A stretch of DNA of 64,000 nucleotides from an uncultured Planctomycetota bacterium (GCA_963845755.1 CAWJTV010000024.1:157352-221351); one strand, 5' to 3'. Shown: positions 29,685-40,365, numbered from the stretch's first letter. Translations and numbers: made by a program. The notes: generated by a model not told the origin, from the letters alone.

Positions 29685-32141
29685 TCAACGGCTTCGATAT
29701 TTGCTCTCGTGCCCGCCTTCGCTCTTCGTGCTCCCCGTCAACGCGGTCAGGAGTTTCTCGAGATCGCGGATGTCGACCGGCTTGACCAGGTGGCCGTCGC
29801 ACCCCGCTTCCCGCGACTGGACGCGGTCTCCCGCCTGGCCCCAGCCGGTGAGTGCGATGATGATGATGGGCCGTCCCCACGGCTGCTGGCGGATCCGGCG
29901 CACGGCCTCGTAGCCATTGAGGCGCGGCATCCCCACGTCCATCAGGATGACCTCGGGCCGAAATTCTTCGGCGGCCTCCAGCGACTCGAGGCCATCGTAA
30001 GCCGTGCGGACCTCGTTGCCGCGGAGCTTGAGCACCCTGGACATCGAACGGGCCGAGTCCTGGTTGTCGTCCACCACCAGGATGCGCCAGCCGCGGTCAT
30101 CGGTGGCCGGAGTGCGCTCGGGTTCGTCCTCGGCCACCCGTTCGAGGTGGGTCTCCAGGGCGGGTAACTGGACGGTGAACCGGCTTCCCTTTCCCGTGCC
30201 GGGACTCTCGGCCATGACGGTGCCGCCGTGCATCTCGACCAGCCCCTTCACCAGCGCCAGTCCGATGCCCAGGCCGCCGGTGGTTCGCTCGATGCTGCGG
30301 TCCACCTGCGCGAACATGTCGAAGATGCTGTGCAAGGACTCGGCCGGGATGCCGATCCCATTGTCGCGGACGGTGACGATGACATTCACCCCTTGTCGTT
30401 CGGCGGCGAGCCGGATGAGCCCCCCGCGCGGGGTGTACTTGGCGCTGTTGGTGAGCAGGTTGGCGAACACCTGGGCCAGGCGGGTCAGGTCGGCGTCGAG
30501 GCAGACCGGCTCCATCGGCAGCGACACGGTGAGTTCGTGCCCGGCCTCCTCAATGAGCGGGCGGGCGGTCTCCACCGCACTGCTGACGACGTCGGCCAAT
30601 AGCACCCGGGACCGGCGCAGATCCATCTTGTCGCGGTTGATGCGGGAGATGTCGAGCAGGTCGTCGATGAGCCGCACCATGTGCTCGAGCTGCCGCTCCA
30701 TCATCCCTCGGACCTGGGTCTCGATGGTGGCGTCGCCTTCCGCGAGCCGCATGATCTGGAGGCCGTTGCGCAGGGGGGCCAGCGGGTTCCTCAACTCGTG
30801 GGCCAGGAGGGCGAGGAACTCGTCCTTCCGCCGGTCCTGCTCCCGCAGGACGTCCTCCATCCGCCGCCGCTCCGTGACGTCGACGCCGGTGGCGGCCACG
30901 AAGAGGACGCGTCCCGCCTCATTCGTCACGGGGGCGAGGATGAGGTCCACCACCCGCTCGGAACCGTCGGCCACGAAGTAGTCGGTCTCCGTGCGGAACT
31001 GCCTCCCACCGGCCGCACGGAGGGAGGCCGCACGGACCATGTCCATCAGGGGTTCCGACCGGTTCCACCAGCCGCAGTCCCAGAACGGCTTGCCGATGAC
31101 CTCCTCGCGGCTGAACCCGCAGGCGTCGAGGCAGAGCCGGTTCGCCTCGACCACCGTGCCGTCGAGGGCCAGCACGCCCGCGAAGTTCGTCCCCTGCTCG
31201 AAGAAGGCCCGGAACTTGGCGTTCGCCTCCGCGGCTCGTGCCGCCTCCAGCGCCGCCCGCCGGTAGCGCTCCTCGCTCTCCCGCAGGGCATCCGCGGCTC
31301 GCTTCCGCTCGGTGATGTCGCGGGCGATCTTCGACGCGCCGATGATCTGGCCCGCGTCATCGCGGATGGGCGAGACCGTCAGCGAGATATCGAGGTAGCG
31401 GCCGAGCTTGGACATGCGGACCGTCTCGAAGTGCTCGATCCGTTCCCCGCGGCAGAGTCGAGCCAGGATCTCGCGTTCCTCGTCGTGCCGCTCGGGTGGG
31501 ATGATCAGGGTGATGGCTTGACCGACGGCCTCCTGGCGTGAGTATCCGAAAATTCGTTCGGCGCCGGCGTTCCATGAACGGATGACGCCGTCGAGCGTCT
31601 TGCTGACGATCGCATCGTCGGATGACTCGACGATGGCGGCCAGCCGCGCCCGCGCCACTTCCGCCCGCTTGTGCTCGGTGACGTCGCGGAAGACCAGGAC
31701 CGCGCCCAGGAGAGCCCCCGACTCGCCGTGCATGGGGGCGGCGCTGTCGTCGATGGGCCGTTCGGTCCCATCTCGGGCGATGAGGACCGTGTGGTTGGCC
31801 AGCCCCCGGATCCTCCCGTCCCGCAAGGTACGGAGGGCGGGGTTCTCGACCGGCTCGCGGGTGTGCGCGTTGACGATCTGGAAGATCTCTGGGAGGGGGC
31901 GGCCGGTCGCTTCGGCCAGCGGCCAGCCGGTCAGGGCCTCGGCGATGACGTTCAGGAACGTGACCCGGCCCTCGGCATCGGTGCTGATCACGCCGTCGCC
32001 GATGCTGGAGAGCGCGATCCGCAACCACTCCGACTGCTTCTGCAACGCGTCTTCGGCACGCTGGCGAGCGAGGAGAATGCTCCTGGCATTCTGCATCGCG
32101 ACGGAACGTAGCAGTTCCTCCTCGTCTTCGTGTGGAGTCAT
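29685..32141 (-). CDS. Cytoplasmic hybrid histidine kinase (3 PAS + HisKA + HATPase + receiver)
   Basis: Three PAS/PAC units, 'LAHELRNPL', 'NLLTNSAKY', 'DNGIGI', 'GLGIGL', 'ILMDVGMP'; ATG overlaps the upstream stop (TAATG). Confidence 0.95.
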   Translation of the reverse strand: MTPHEDEEELLRSVAMQNARSILLARQRAEDALQKQSEWLRIALSSIGDGVISTDAEGRVTFLNVIAEALTGWPLAEATGRPLPEIFQIVNAHTREPVENPALRTLRDGRIRGLANHTVLIARDGTERPIDDSAAPMHGESGALLGAVLVFRDVTEHKRAEVARARLAAIVESSDDAIVSKTLDGVIRSWNAGAERIFGYSRQEAVGQAITLIIPPERHDEEREILARLCRGERIEHFETVRMSKLGRYLDISLTVSPIRDDAGQIIGASKIARDITERKRAADALRESEERYRRAALEAARAAEANAKFRAFFEQGTNFAGVLALDGTVVEANRLCLDACGFSREEVIGKPFWDCGWWNRSEPLMDMVRAASLRAAGGRQFRTETDYFVADGSERVVDLILAPVTNEAGRVLFVAATGVDVTERRRMEDVLREQDRRKDEFLALLAHELRNPLAPLRNGLQIMRLAEGDATIETQVRGMMERQLEHMVRLIDDLLDISRINRDKMDLRRSRVLLADVVSSAVETARPLIEEAGHELTVSLPMEPVCLDADLTRLAQVFANLLTNSAKYTPRGGLIRLAAERQGVNVIVTVRDNGIGIPAESLHSIFDMFAQVDRSIERTTGGLGIGLALVKGLVEMHGGTVMAESPGTGKGSRFTVQLPALETHLERVAEDEPERTPATDDRGWRILVVDDNQDSARSMSRVLKLRGNEVRTAYDGLESLEAAEEFRPEVILMDVGMPRLNGYEAVRRIRQQPWGRPIIIIALTGWGQAGDRVQSREAGCDGHLVKPVDIRDLEKLLTALTGSTKSEGGHESKYRSR

Positions 32142-33202
32142 TAACCACCCCCGAGTCGTTCCCACGCAAGTTCCGTGCCGAGGACGCGAGCCCGGATCTT
32201 GGCGAAGGCCGTATCGCGGGTGGTGGACGTGTCGTCGCAGAACGGCGAGAAGCCGCAGTCGTCCGTCGTGCCCAGTTTCTCGGCCGGGAGGTACCGGGCC
32301 GCTTCGAGGACCCGGTCCCGGACTTCCTCCGGGGTCTCGATGCGCGGGTCGATCGGCGAGACGACACCGATGAAGACCCGCTGATCGGCCTTCATGTACC
32401 GGCGGATGATCTTCAGGACCCGGCCGCGGTCGCGCTCGCCGGCCAGCGCGATGTAGAAGTTCCCGACCATCAGCTCGAAGAGGCAGGGCAGCAGTTCGGC
32501 GTAGTCGACCTCCCCGCTGTGGGTGGAGTCGCGGTCGCTGCCGGGGCACGTGTGGACGCCGATGCGCCGGCGCTCCTCGGCGGAGAACCGCGCCAGCGCC
32601 AGGTTGTTCAGGTCGATGAAGCGGTGGAGGAGATCCCCGGACGGGTCGATCTTGACCGCCAGCCGACCCTCGGTGAAGTCGATCTGGACCTTGTGGGCAC
32701 CTTTCCGCAGGCAGTTGCGGACCTCGGTCTCGTGCTCGTGCAGCAGGTCATCGAGGAACTGCTCGCGCGGGTAACCGGGAATCTCCTCGGGCGGGTACAT
32801 GAGGCTCAAGGCCGACGGCGAGATGACCGCCTGCTTCACCGGCACATGGGCGTACTTCAGGGCCATGTCCAGGTACTCGTCCGCGTACCGCCGGTAGCGG
32901 AACGGGCCTTCGGTCAGCCGCAGCATCCGCCGCGTATGACCGGCCGAGAAGGGGATCTTGAACCCGTCCGGAGTTGTGTTCGGCAACCCCTGTACGGAAT
33001 AGGTCCAGAAGTTCTGGTACTTCCTCTGCTCGCCGTCGGTGATCACCGGCGAGCCGGTGGCCTCGAACCGCGCGATGGTGTCCCGGATCGCCTCCTCATA
33101 GAGCGGGTCCAAGCACGGGTCCGCGCCGTCGGTGGTCGTCAGCGCCTCGATCAGGCGAAGGGGTCTTGGTATACTTCCAATCGGCTCGGTGGGAATCGTC
33201 AT
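32141..33202 (-). CDS. Cobalamin-independent methionine synthase II family (single-barrel MetE-like) protein
   Basis: 'TEPIGSIPRP', 'ITDGEQRK', Zn ligands 'VHTC' and 'DDCGF'. Confidence 0.9.
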   Translation of the reverse strand: MTIPTEPIGSIPRPLRLIEALTTTDGADPCLDPLYEEAIRDTIARFEATGSPVITDGEQRKYQNFWTYSVQGLPNTTPDGFKIPFSAGHTRRMLRLTEGPFRYRRYADEYLDMALKYAHVPVKQAVISPSALSLMYPPEEIPGYPREQFLDDLLHEHETEVRNCLRKGAHKVQIDFTEGRLAVKIDPSGDLLHRFIDLNNLALARFSAEERRRIGVHTCPGSDRDSTHSGEVDYAELLPCLFELMVGNFYIALAGERDRGRVLKIIRRYMKADQRVFIGVVSPIDPRIETPEEVRDRVLEAARYLPAEKLGTTDDCGFSPFCDDTSTTRDTAFAKIRARVLGTELAWERLGGG

Positions 33203-33335
33203 CGATGTGACTCGCTGGTCTTCGCGGTTCGGCTTCGGAAAACCTGTTCCTGCCGCTTCGTGGAACGATGTTGATTCTAGCAAGTTGTCGCGTGAGAAGG
33301 CAGTTCACCTTCACCAAGAGGTCGAGTCTTCCCAG

Positions 33336-34061
33336 GTGTCTTTCCCCCTGGCTTTTCTGCGAGAGCGGTGCCGGCAGCCCGAGTTGATGGACCAACCTGG
33401 ACTGGAACTTGCCGACCATGCGCGCGCCCTCGAAGGCCTGGGACGAATCCACGCGCTGAGCGGGACTGTCACGGTACTCTGGCGCCCGATCGCCCGGATG
33501 GCGCGAACCCTGCGAGCCGAAGAGGGGACGCTCCGCGTCCTCGACGTGGCCACGGGAGGCGGCATCATTCCCCTCACCCTGGCGCGGTGCGCGGCACGGG
33601 CGGGGTTGGACGTGAGTGTTGATGGCTGCGACATCAATTCCCAGGCCGTCGAGCTGGCCCGGAAAGAGGCCGCGGCGTGGGGTGTCCCGACCCGGTTCTT
33701 CGTTCTCGATGCCTTGAGCCAGCCGCTTCCCCGGGACTACGATGTGGTGACCTGTTCCTTGTTCTTGCACCATCTTGACGAGACGGACGCCATCGCGCTG
33801 CTGGGCCGGATGGCCGCGGCGGCCCGACGGCTGGTGCTGGTGGATGACCTGGTCCGGAGCCGTTGGGGTTACCTGCTGGCCCAGGTCGGTTGCCGATTAC
33901 TCTCGGGCTCTCGAATTGTCCATGTGGATGGACCTCGATCGGTCGCTGCCGCGTTCACTCCCGGCGAGGCGCTCGCGCTGGCGGCAAGGGCCGGGCTCCC
34001 GCAAGCCGGGCTGATCCGCCACTGGCCGCAACGCTTCCTCCTGAGCGGGAGCACGACATGA
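33336..34061 (+). CDS. SAM-dependent methyltransferase
   Basis: 'PELMD', 'VLDVATGGG', 'SLFLHHL', 'DDLVRS'; GTG start estimated. Confidence 0.85.
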   Translation: MSFPLAFLRERCRQPELMDQPGLELADHARALEGLGRIHALSGTVTVLWRPIARMARTLRAEEGTLRVLDVATGGGIIPLTLARCAARAGLDVSVDGCDINSQAVELARKEAAAWGVPTRFFVLDALSQPLPRDYDVVTCSLFLHHLDETDAIALLGRMAAAARRLVLVDDLVRSRWGYLLAQVGCRLLSGSRIVHVDGPRSVAAAFTPGEALALAARAGLPQAGLIRHWPQRFLLSGSTT

Positions 34062-35230
34062 CGGAGCCCAGCCTGGCCCTTGCCGATGTCCCGGACCAGC
34101 TCTGGGACGTCATCGTCCTGGGAGCTGGTCCCGGGGGGGCCATCGCGGCCGGGCAACTGGCGCGGCGTGGGGCACGGACCTTGTTCGTGGACAAGAAGGC
34201 GTTCCCCCGCGGAAAAGTCTGTGGCGCCTGCCTGAACCTCTCGGCGCTGGACGCGCTGAGATCCGCGGGCCTGGGCGATCTGGCCGGCGATCTCGGCGGG
34301 ACGCCGCTCGAGGCGATGGAACTGGCATTCGCCGGCCATTCCATCCGCCTGAAATTGCCGGGAGGGATCGCGCTTTCGCGGTTGCAGTTCGATGCCGCAC
34401 TGGTGAATGCCGCCGTGGCCTCGGGCGCGACGTTCTTGCCGCAGACCGAAGGCCTGATTGGTCCGGTCCAGGGCGAGGCGCGGCGGGTCGCCCTGGTTCA
34501 AGATGGGCAGAGAGTCACGGCCCGGTCACGCGTCGTCATCGCCGCGACCGGCCTGGGGCAAGTCCGTTTCGTCGGTGAAGAAGGCGTCCGGAGCCAGCCC
34601 GCCGAGAGATCGCGAATCGGCGCCGGATGCCGTCTGAACATGGCTCCTGATTTCGACCGTGATGGCACCGTTTTCATGGCCGTGGGGCAGCGGGGCTATG
34701 TCGGCCTCGTGCGATTGGAGGACGGTGCGCTGAACGTGGCCGCGGCGTTCGAGAGGAGCTTACTCAGCGACTCGGGAAGCCCGGGGGCCGCGGCGAGTCG
34801 CATCTTGCTCGAGGCGGGTTTCGCGCCGCTGCCGGCATTGCGTGCCGCGGCCTGGCAGGGGACGATTCCCCTCTCGAGGCAAACCTGGCCGATTGCCGGA
34901 GAGCGGTTCTTCGTGCTCGGTGATGCCGCCGGATATGTAGAACCGTTCACAGGCGAGGGAATGGCCTGGGCATTGGGGGCCGGACTGGACGTCGCTCCGC
35001 TGGCCGAGCGAGGGCTCGACCACTGGGACCCATCACTCCCCCGAGCCTGGTTCCGGGTTCACCGCCGGCATGTCGTGCGCCGGCAACGTCTTTGCCGCGG
35101 CATGACGATCCTGCTCCGGCGGCCGTGGCTGGCCCGGGCCGCATTCGAGACAGCCATCCGGATCCCCGCAGTGGGCCGGATCATGATCCACTCCGTCAAC
35201 GCCGCCGGTCCTCCGCGGCCATCGAGCTGA
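34058..35230 (+). CDS. FAD-dependent oxidoreductase (geranylgeranyl reductase-like)
   Basis: 'VLGAGPGG', 'FPRGKVCG', 'GDAAGYVEPFTGEGM'. Confidence 0.9.
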   Translation: MTEPSLALADVPDQLWDVIVLGAGPGGAIAAGQLARRGARTLFVDKKAFPRGKVCGACLNLSALDALRSAGLGDLAGDLGGTPLEAMELAFAGHSIRLKLPGGIALSRLQFDAALVNAAVASGATFLPQTEGLIGPVQGEARRVALVQDGQRVTARSRVVIAATGLGQVRFVGEEGVRSQPAERSRIGAGCRLNMAPDFDRDGTVFMAVGQRGYVGLVRLEDGALNVAAAFERSLLSDSGSPGAAASRILLEAGFAPLPALRAAAWQGTIPLSRQTWPIAGERFFVLGDAAGYVEPFTGEGMAWALGAGLDVAPLAERGLDHWDPSLPRAWFRVHRRHVVRRQRLCRGMTILLRRPWLARAAFETAIRIPAVGRIMIHSVNAAGPPRPSS

Positions 35231-35234
35231 AAAC

Positions 35235-36312
35235 ATGAGCATGATCATCGCAGGGATGGGCACGGCCTTGCCGCGCCACCGAATCAGCCAGGCCGATGCC
35301 GCGCAGATCGCCAAGCAATACTCGTGCGAGACGGCCGCTCAGGAGCGGCTGTTCGCGACGCTCTACCGGCGGGCCGGCGTCGAGAGTCGCGGCTCCGTGG
35401 TCCTCGATCGCTCCGACGGTCCCCTGGACAGCCGGCAGTCGTTCTACAACGCGACGGCTCCCACAACACGACAACGCATGCTCATGTACGAGGGAGAAGC
35501 GCGTCCGCTGGCCGTATCGGCAAGCCGGGCCGCCCTGGACGACGCGGGGATCGAACCCGGCCGAGTGACTCACCTGGTGACGGTCTCTTGCAGCGGGTTT
35601 TATGCGCCGGGATTCGACATCGGGCTGGTCAAGCAGCTTCCGCTACCCAGCCGAGTGGCCCGGACTCATATTGGCTTCATGGGCTGCCAGGGGGCACTCA
35701 ACGGTCTGCGCGTTGCCCGAGCCTTCCTGGACGCGGATCCCTCCGCCTGCGTGCTGGTCTGCGCCCTGGAACTCTGCAGCTTGCATCATCAGTACGGCTG
35801 GGACGCCGATACGATCGTCGCCAATGCCCTGTTCGCCGACGGAGCGGCCGCCGTCGTGGCCGTCGCCCCGGAACGAGCCGGATCGAGACGGTACCAGGTC
35901 CTCGCTTCGGGCTCGACCGTGATCGACGATTCCGAGGATGCCATGACGTGGCGGATCAGCGATCACGGTTTCCAGATGACCCTCTCGCCGCGCGTTCCCG
36001 ACCTCATCGGCCAGCACCTCCGGCCGTGGCTGGAGGGCTGGCTGGCCGATCATCGCCTGAACCTCGCGGCGATCGGCACCTGGGCCGTTCACCCGGGGGG
36101 ACCGCGAATCCTCACGGCCGTCTGCGAAGCGATCGGGCTGGACCAGGCGGTCCTCGAGACCTCGCATCAAGTCCTGGCCGAACACGGCAACATGTCTTCT
36201 CCGACGATCCTCTTCATCCTCGATCGGCTGTCGCGGTCGGTGGCGCTCGAGGCCGTACCTGGCCCTCGCCTTCGGACCGGGGTTGACGGTCGAGGCGGCG
36301 CTGCTGGTCTGA
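35235..36312 (+). CDS. Type III polyketide synthase; frameshift at ~36245
   Basis: Triad 'FMGC', 'HPGG', 'GNMSS'; the alternate frame gives the conserved 'LAFGPGLTVE' ending at TGA 36312. Confidence 0.92.
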
Positions 36313-36368
36313 TCACATCATGGCCGGACCCTTTCCGGACGACCGACCTTCCCGGTGAGGAAGCCTCG
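36312..36368 (+). repeat. 57-bp imperfect direct repeat, copy B
   Basis: Matches 29586-29642. Confidence 0.7.
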
Positions 36369-36482
36369 AGGCGGACGGGATCGCCGGTCGCAACGTCCGG
36401 CCTCGCACCGACTAACCTCGATGTAACGGGCTGGGAGCCGGACTGATTTTCCGTTACGCTGGACTTCGAGGAGGGTTTTGCG

Positions 36483-37220
36483 ATGCCACTACTCGATCAC
36501 TTCCATCCACCGTTTGCTGACCGAAGATCGTGGGAGGGCTTTCACGGCCAGTGGACGGCAATGATTGTCATCGGCCTCAGCCGGAAACTGCCGCAACGCT
36601 ACGTCGCCGAGCCAGGGATTCACCTGGGCTCATCCATCGAGATCGACGTGGGGACTTACGAGGAGGAGGATGCCGGTTTCCTTTCAGTCGGCGAGCGGGA
36701 CAACGGCGGCGGGGTCGCGACTGCGGTCTGGGCTCCGCCAAGGCCGACGTTGACCGTCGCAACCGACCTGGGGTCCCTGGATGAGTACGAGGTGCGCGTC
36801 TACGATACCCAGTCTGGCCATCGGCTGGTGGCCGCCGTCGAGATCGTTAGCCCGTCCAACAAAGATCGGCCCGAACACCGTCGCGCCTTCGTTGCCAAGT
36901 GCGCAGCTTTGCTCCAACATCAAGTCTGCGTCGCGATCGTCGATCTAGTGACTACCCGCCATTCCAACCTGTATAGCGACCTGATGGAACTCATCGGCCA
37001 GACCGATCCCTCCCTGGGCGACGAACCTCCAGTTCTTTATGCCGTCGCCTGTCGCTGGAAGAGGAGTGGGGACAGCGGCCTCCTGGAAAACTGGATGCAT
37101 CCCCTGGAGCTGGGCCGGTCATTGCCGACCCTGCCGCTGTGGCTCGCGGAGAACCTGGCGGTCCCGCTGGAGTTGGACCCGAGTTACGAAGAGACGCGCC
37201 GCATCCTCCGCATCCCGTAG
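36483..37220 (+). CDS. DUF4058 family protein (Uma2/restriction-endonuclease-like fold)
   Basis: 'MPLLDHFHPP', 'LVAAVEIVSPSNKDR', 'LPTLPLWL'. Confidence 0.85.
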   Translation: MPLLDHFHPPFADRRSWEGFHGQWTAMIVIGLSRKLPQRYVAEPGIHLGSSIEIDVGTYEEEDAGFLSVGERDNGGGVATAVWAPPRPTLTVATDLGSLDEYEVRVYDTQSGHRLVAAVEIVSPSNKDRPEHRRAFVAKCAALLQHQVCVAIVDLVTTRHSNLYSDLMELIGQTDPSLGDEPPVLYAVACRWKRSGDSGLLENWMHPLELGRSLPTLPLWLAENLAVPLELDPSYEETRRILRIP

Positions 37221-37285
37221 ACCAGATTGTCGCGTTCCGGCCCTCAACGAAACCCGGGGTGTTTTGCAAGGACTTGTGCGCCGGA

Positions 37286-39269
37286 TCATCGCTCGGCCGG
37301 CGGATTAACGCCGGCCGCCTCGGCGCCGGCGAGCGACTGGAGGGGCGGGACGGGGCATCCCAGCGCGTCGGCGATGGCGCGGAGCAGCTCACCCTCCTCA
37401 AGGGTGACCCGGCCATCTGCGCCAATACACGCCGCGCAGGCGCTGAGGATTTGCCGCTTGAACGGCGGCACCGCGGCGTCGAGCGCGTCGAGCGCCTGAT
37501 CGAGAGCCTGGAGGTCCAGGTTGCGCGGCGGCAGCGCGGGATCGACTCCGGGCCAATCCAGTGCCTGGATTCCCAGAGCAAAGGCGTGCGCCGCGTTCGC
37601 CGGCTGCGCGCTGCCGATGTGGGCGAGAGTCCCCAGGACGTGCCGGACCGGTCCGATCAGGAGACTGGTCGATCGGACAACGCTTCGAGAGGGTGGAGTA
37701 TATCCGTAGTGCGGGGCCAGGTGACTGAGCAGCAGCCGGTGCAAGGCATATTCATAGAGGCTCACCTGGTTGTCCGCCTGGATGAGCTCGCGGACGCCGG
37801 CCGCGAACGCCTCGAATTGATCGCGCGAGAGCCGCCTCAGGGTCGGCACGACCATCGAGACGAGGGGGAGGCGCAGCTCGGGGCTCAGGTCGTGCACCAT
37901 CGTCAGGACCTTTTCGACCTCGCCGACCAGCGCCGGCTCCGCGGAGCTGGCGAGCCGGTCGAGCTGCGCGGCTTGCACAGCTTCGGAGTCGTGGTCGATC
38001 AGCAGGGCGAAGACGATCGCCCGGGCACCGAAGGGTTCATAGGCCAGGGTCTTGAGCGGGTCGGGCAGTGAGGTCAATACCGCCGAGGCGTAAGCGAGCT
38101 GTTGCGGTTCGACCGTGCCGATGCGGCTGACCACTTGTGCCGGGTTAAAGCGGAAAACCCCGCGGCCGGGCCGGACCTGCGGCTTGAGCGACGTGGTGGT
38201 TCGCGCTTCGTCCTGGGTCGGCTCGGCCGTGCCCACGCGGACCCGGGAAAAGTCTCCTTCGAACGAGGGATCGATGCGGCGGATCCGCTCGACCAGCGGG
38301 GGATGGGTGGCGAAGATCCCCAGGAAATGGCCGACTGCATCGCCGAAGAACAGATGATCGGCCTCCTGGGCCTCGGGTGCCCGGACGCGCGAACCTTCGG
38401 AAAGCGCGCCGATCTTCTTGAGGGCCCCGGCGATCCCGTCCGGATTGCGCGTGAACTGCACGGCCGACGCGTCGGCCAGGAACTCGCGCTGGCGGCTCAC
38501 CGCGGCCTTGATCAGGTTTCCGAAGATTACCCCGACATAGCCCAGCACATACAACGCCAGCCCGACCAGCGGCCAGGGATTCACCCCGCGTCGGTCGTCG
38601 TCGCGTCGGTCGTCGTACGAGTAGGCATTGGCCGTCGATCGGAAGATGATCCAGCCGGTCATGCTGATCACCAGGATCCCGTACAGCACGCCGATCAGCC
38701 GGAGGTTCAGCCGCATGTCGCCGTTGAGGATGTGGCTGAACTCGCTGCGCGATGACCCCCTGGAGCTCATCGCGATTGAGGTTCTGGATACAGCCGCGCG
38801 TGACGCCGATGACCGCGTCGCCCGGCGTGTATCCCGCGGCGAAGGCATTGATCCCGTCCTCATGCTCGAGGAGATACACCGGTGGCACCGGCGTGCCGGA
38901 GGCGATGGCCATCTCCTCGACGACGTTGAGGATCCTCCGCTCGTCGGGATCGGTGGTCTGGTGCGAGAGCGGGCGCCCGCCCATCATCTCGGCCACGCTG
39001 TGACCGCCGCCGGCCAGGGAGGCAATCCGGTACAGGCTGCCGCCGCCGATCAGGGCCAGCGTCCCCAGCGACACCATGACGAACAGGGCCGGGTCCCAGA
39101 GCGAGAGCACGGAATACCCCTGCGGGTCCTCGCGCGGCCCTGCCAGCAGGATCGCCCCCACCGCGATGGAGTACACCAGCAGGACGATCAGCACGACCGC
39201 CGCGATGAAATAGACGATCAGGAGGCCCGTCTTGCGCCGGGCGGTCTCCTGGTGTTGGAAGAAGTCCAT
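37286..39269 (-). CDS. M48 family (HtpX-like) membrane metalloprotease; frameshift at ~38745 inside the HExxH codons
   Basis: 'INAFAAG', 'LQGVIA(H)EFSH', 'SRQREFLADA', 'THPPL..RI'. Confidence 0.9.
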
Positions 39270-39293
39270 GGGGTTACTCGGTAGCCAGGGCGT

Positions 39294-39406
39294 AGTAGTC
39301 AGTAGTCAGTCGTCGGTAGTCATGAAGAGAACAAGTGAGTAGTTAGTGAAGAGGACAACATGATACGCCTGCCATCGTATGGTCCGCTAACTGACTACTG
39401 ACCACT
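39294..39406. repeat. Heptamer (CAGTAGT) tandem repeats forming an inverted pair between lemA and the M48 gene
   Basis: 39294-39310 AGTAGTCAGTAGTCAGT pairs with 39390-39406 ACTGACTACTGACCACT (16/17). Confidence 0.7.
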
Positions 39407-39412
39407 GATGAT

Positions 39413-40030
39413 TCAGAATGTCACCCGCGGCGTTTCGCGCTCCTTGGGCGATTCGGTCTCGAAGAGCTGGGCCGGGACGAATCCCGCCATGCCGGCCACC
39501 AGGTTGTTCGGGAACTTCTGGATCTCGGTGTTATAGCCGGTGACGGCGTCGTTGAACGACTGGCGGGCGAACGCGACCTTGTTCTCGGTTGACGTCAGCT
39601 CTTCCTGGAGGGCCAGCAGGTTCTGGTTGGCCTTGAGGTCGGGGTAGGCCTCGGCCAGCGCGAAGAGCCGGCCCAGCGCGCCGGAGAGTTGGGTCTCGGC
39701 CAGGTTGAGGCCGTTCATCGCCGTCGCGTCGCCCGGGGTGATCGCCGCGCGCTGGCTTGCGGTCACGGCGGAGTTTCGTGCGTTGATCACCGCTTCGAGC
39801 GTCTCACGCTCGTGCCTCATGTAGCCCTTGGCCGTCTCGACCAGGTTGGGAATGAGGTCGTAACGCCGCTTGAGTTGCACGTCGATCTGGCTGAAGGCGT
39901 TCTTGTACCGGTTGCGCAACGTGACCAGGCTGTTGTATACCCCGATGGTGAAGAGCACGAGCAGCACGACGACGACGGCCGGGACGATGAGGATCGTGGC
40001 CAGCGAGCTGAGCGCAAAAAGCACGGGCAT
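39413..40030 (-). CDS. lemA: LemA family protein
   Basis: 'QIDVQLKRRYDLIPNLVET.KGY', 'EAYPDLKAN', 'TENKVAFARQ'. Confidence 0.95.
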   Translation of the reverse strand: MPVLFALSSLATILIVPAVVVVLLVLFTIGVYNSLVTLRNRYKNAFSQIDVQLKRRYDLIPNLVETAKGYMRHERETLEAVINARNSAVTASQRAAITPGDATAMNGLNLAETQLSGALGRLFALAEAYPDLKANQNLLALQEELTSTENKVAFARQSFNDAVTGYNTEIQKFPNNLVAGMAGFVPAQLFETESPKERETPRVTF

Positions 40031-40365
40031 GAGGATTCGACTCCACAGGGGAGGTTCAGCGGGATCCACGGCTCGCGAGCATCGCGAGAGACCCTGCGAT
40101 GTGTTCGTACCGCGGCCCTCGATATTGAGAGAACGGCGCCGGGCGCGGGTCTCCCGGCCCGGCCTTCGGTGTCACGATTGTGACATCTCGAAAGGACGAA
40201 TTCGAGACCCTGGACGGTTCGATTCGAAGGGTCACTCCGGTGGCGCAGCCACCCTGTACGGATTGCGTGGGTGACCGTGCTGTCCTTGTCTTGCGCGCGC
40301 CGGGGTGCGATACTCGATTCCATGCGGATTCGTTCGCTCCCTCCACCCCAATCAGGACTCACTCC

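Noticed and set aside
29685..32549. 954-aa kinase start at 32549 and 1100-aa kinase start at 49929 as given by the ORF track
   Set aside because: The first extension overlaps the MetE-like gene out of frame. Better starts are 32141 and 49956.
33203..33335. SAM or cobalamin riboswitch upstream of the MetE-like gene
   Set aside because: Short divergent intergenic region with no conserved riboswitch core that I could identify; an Rfam scan would be decisive.
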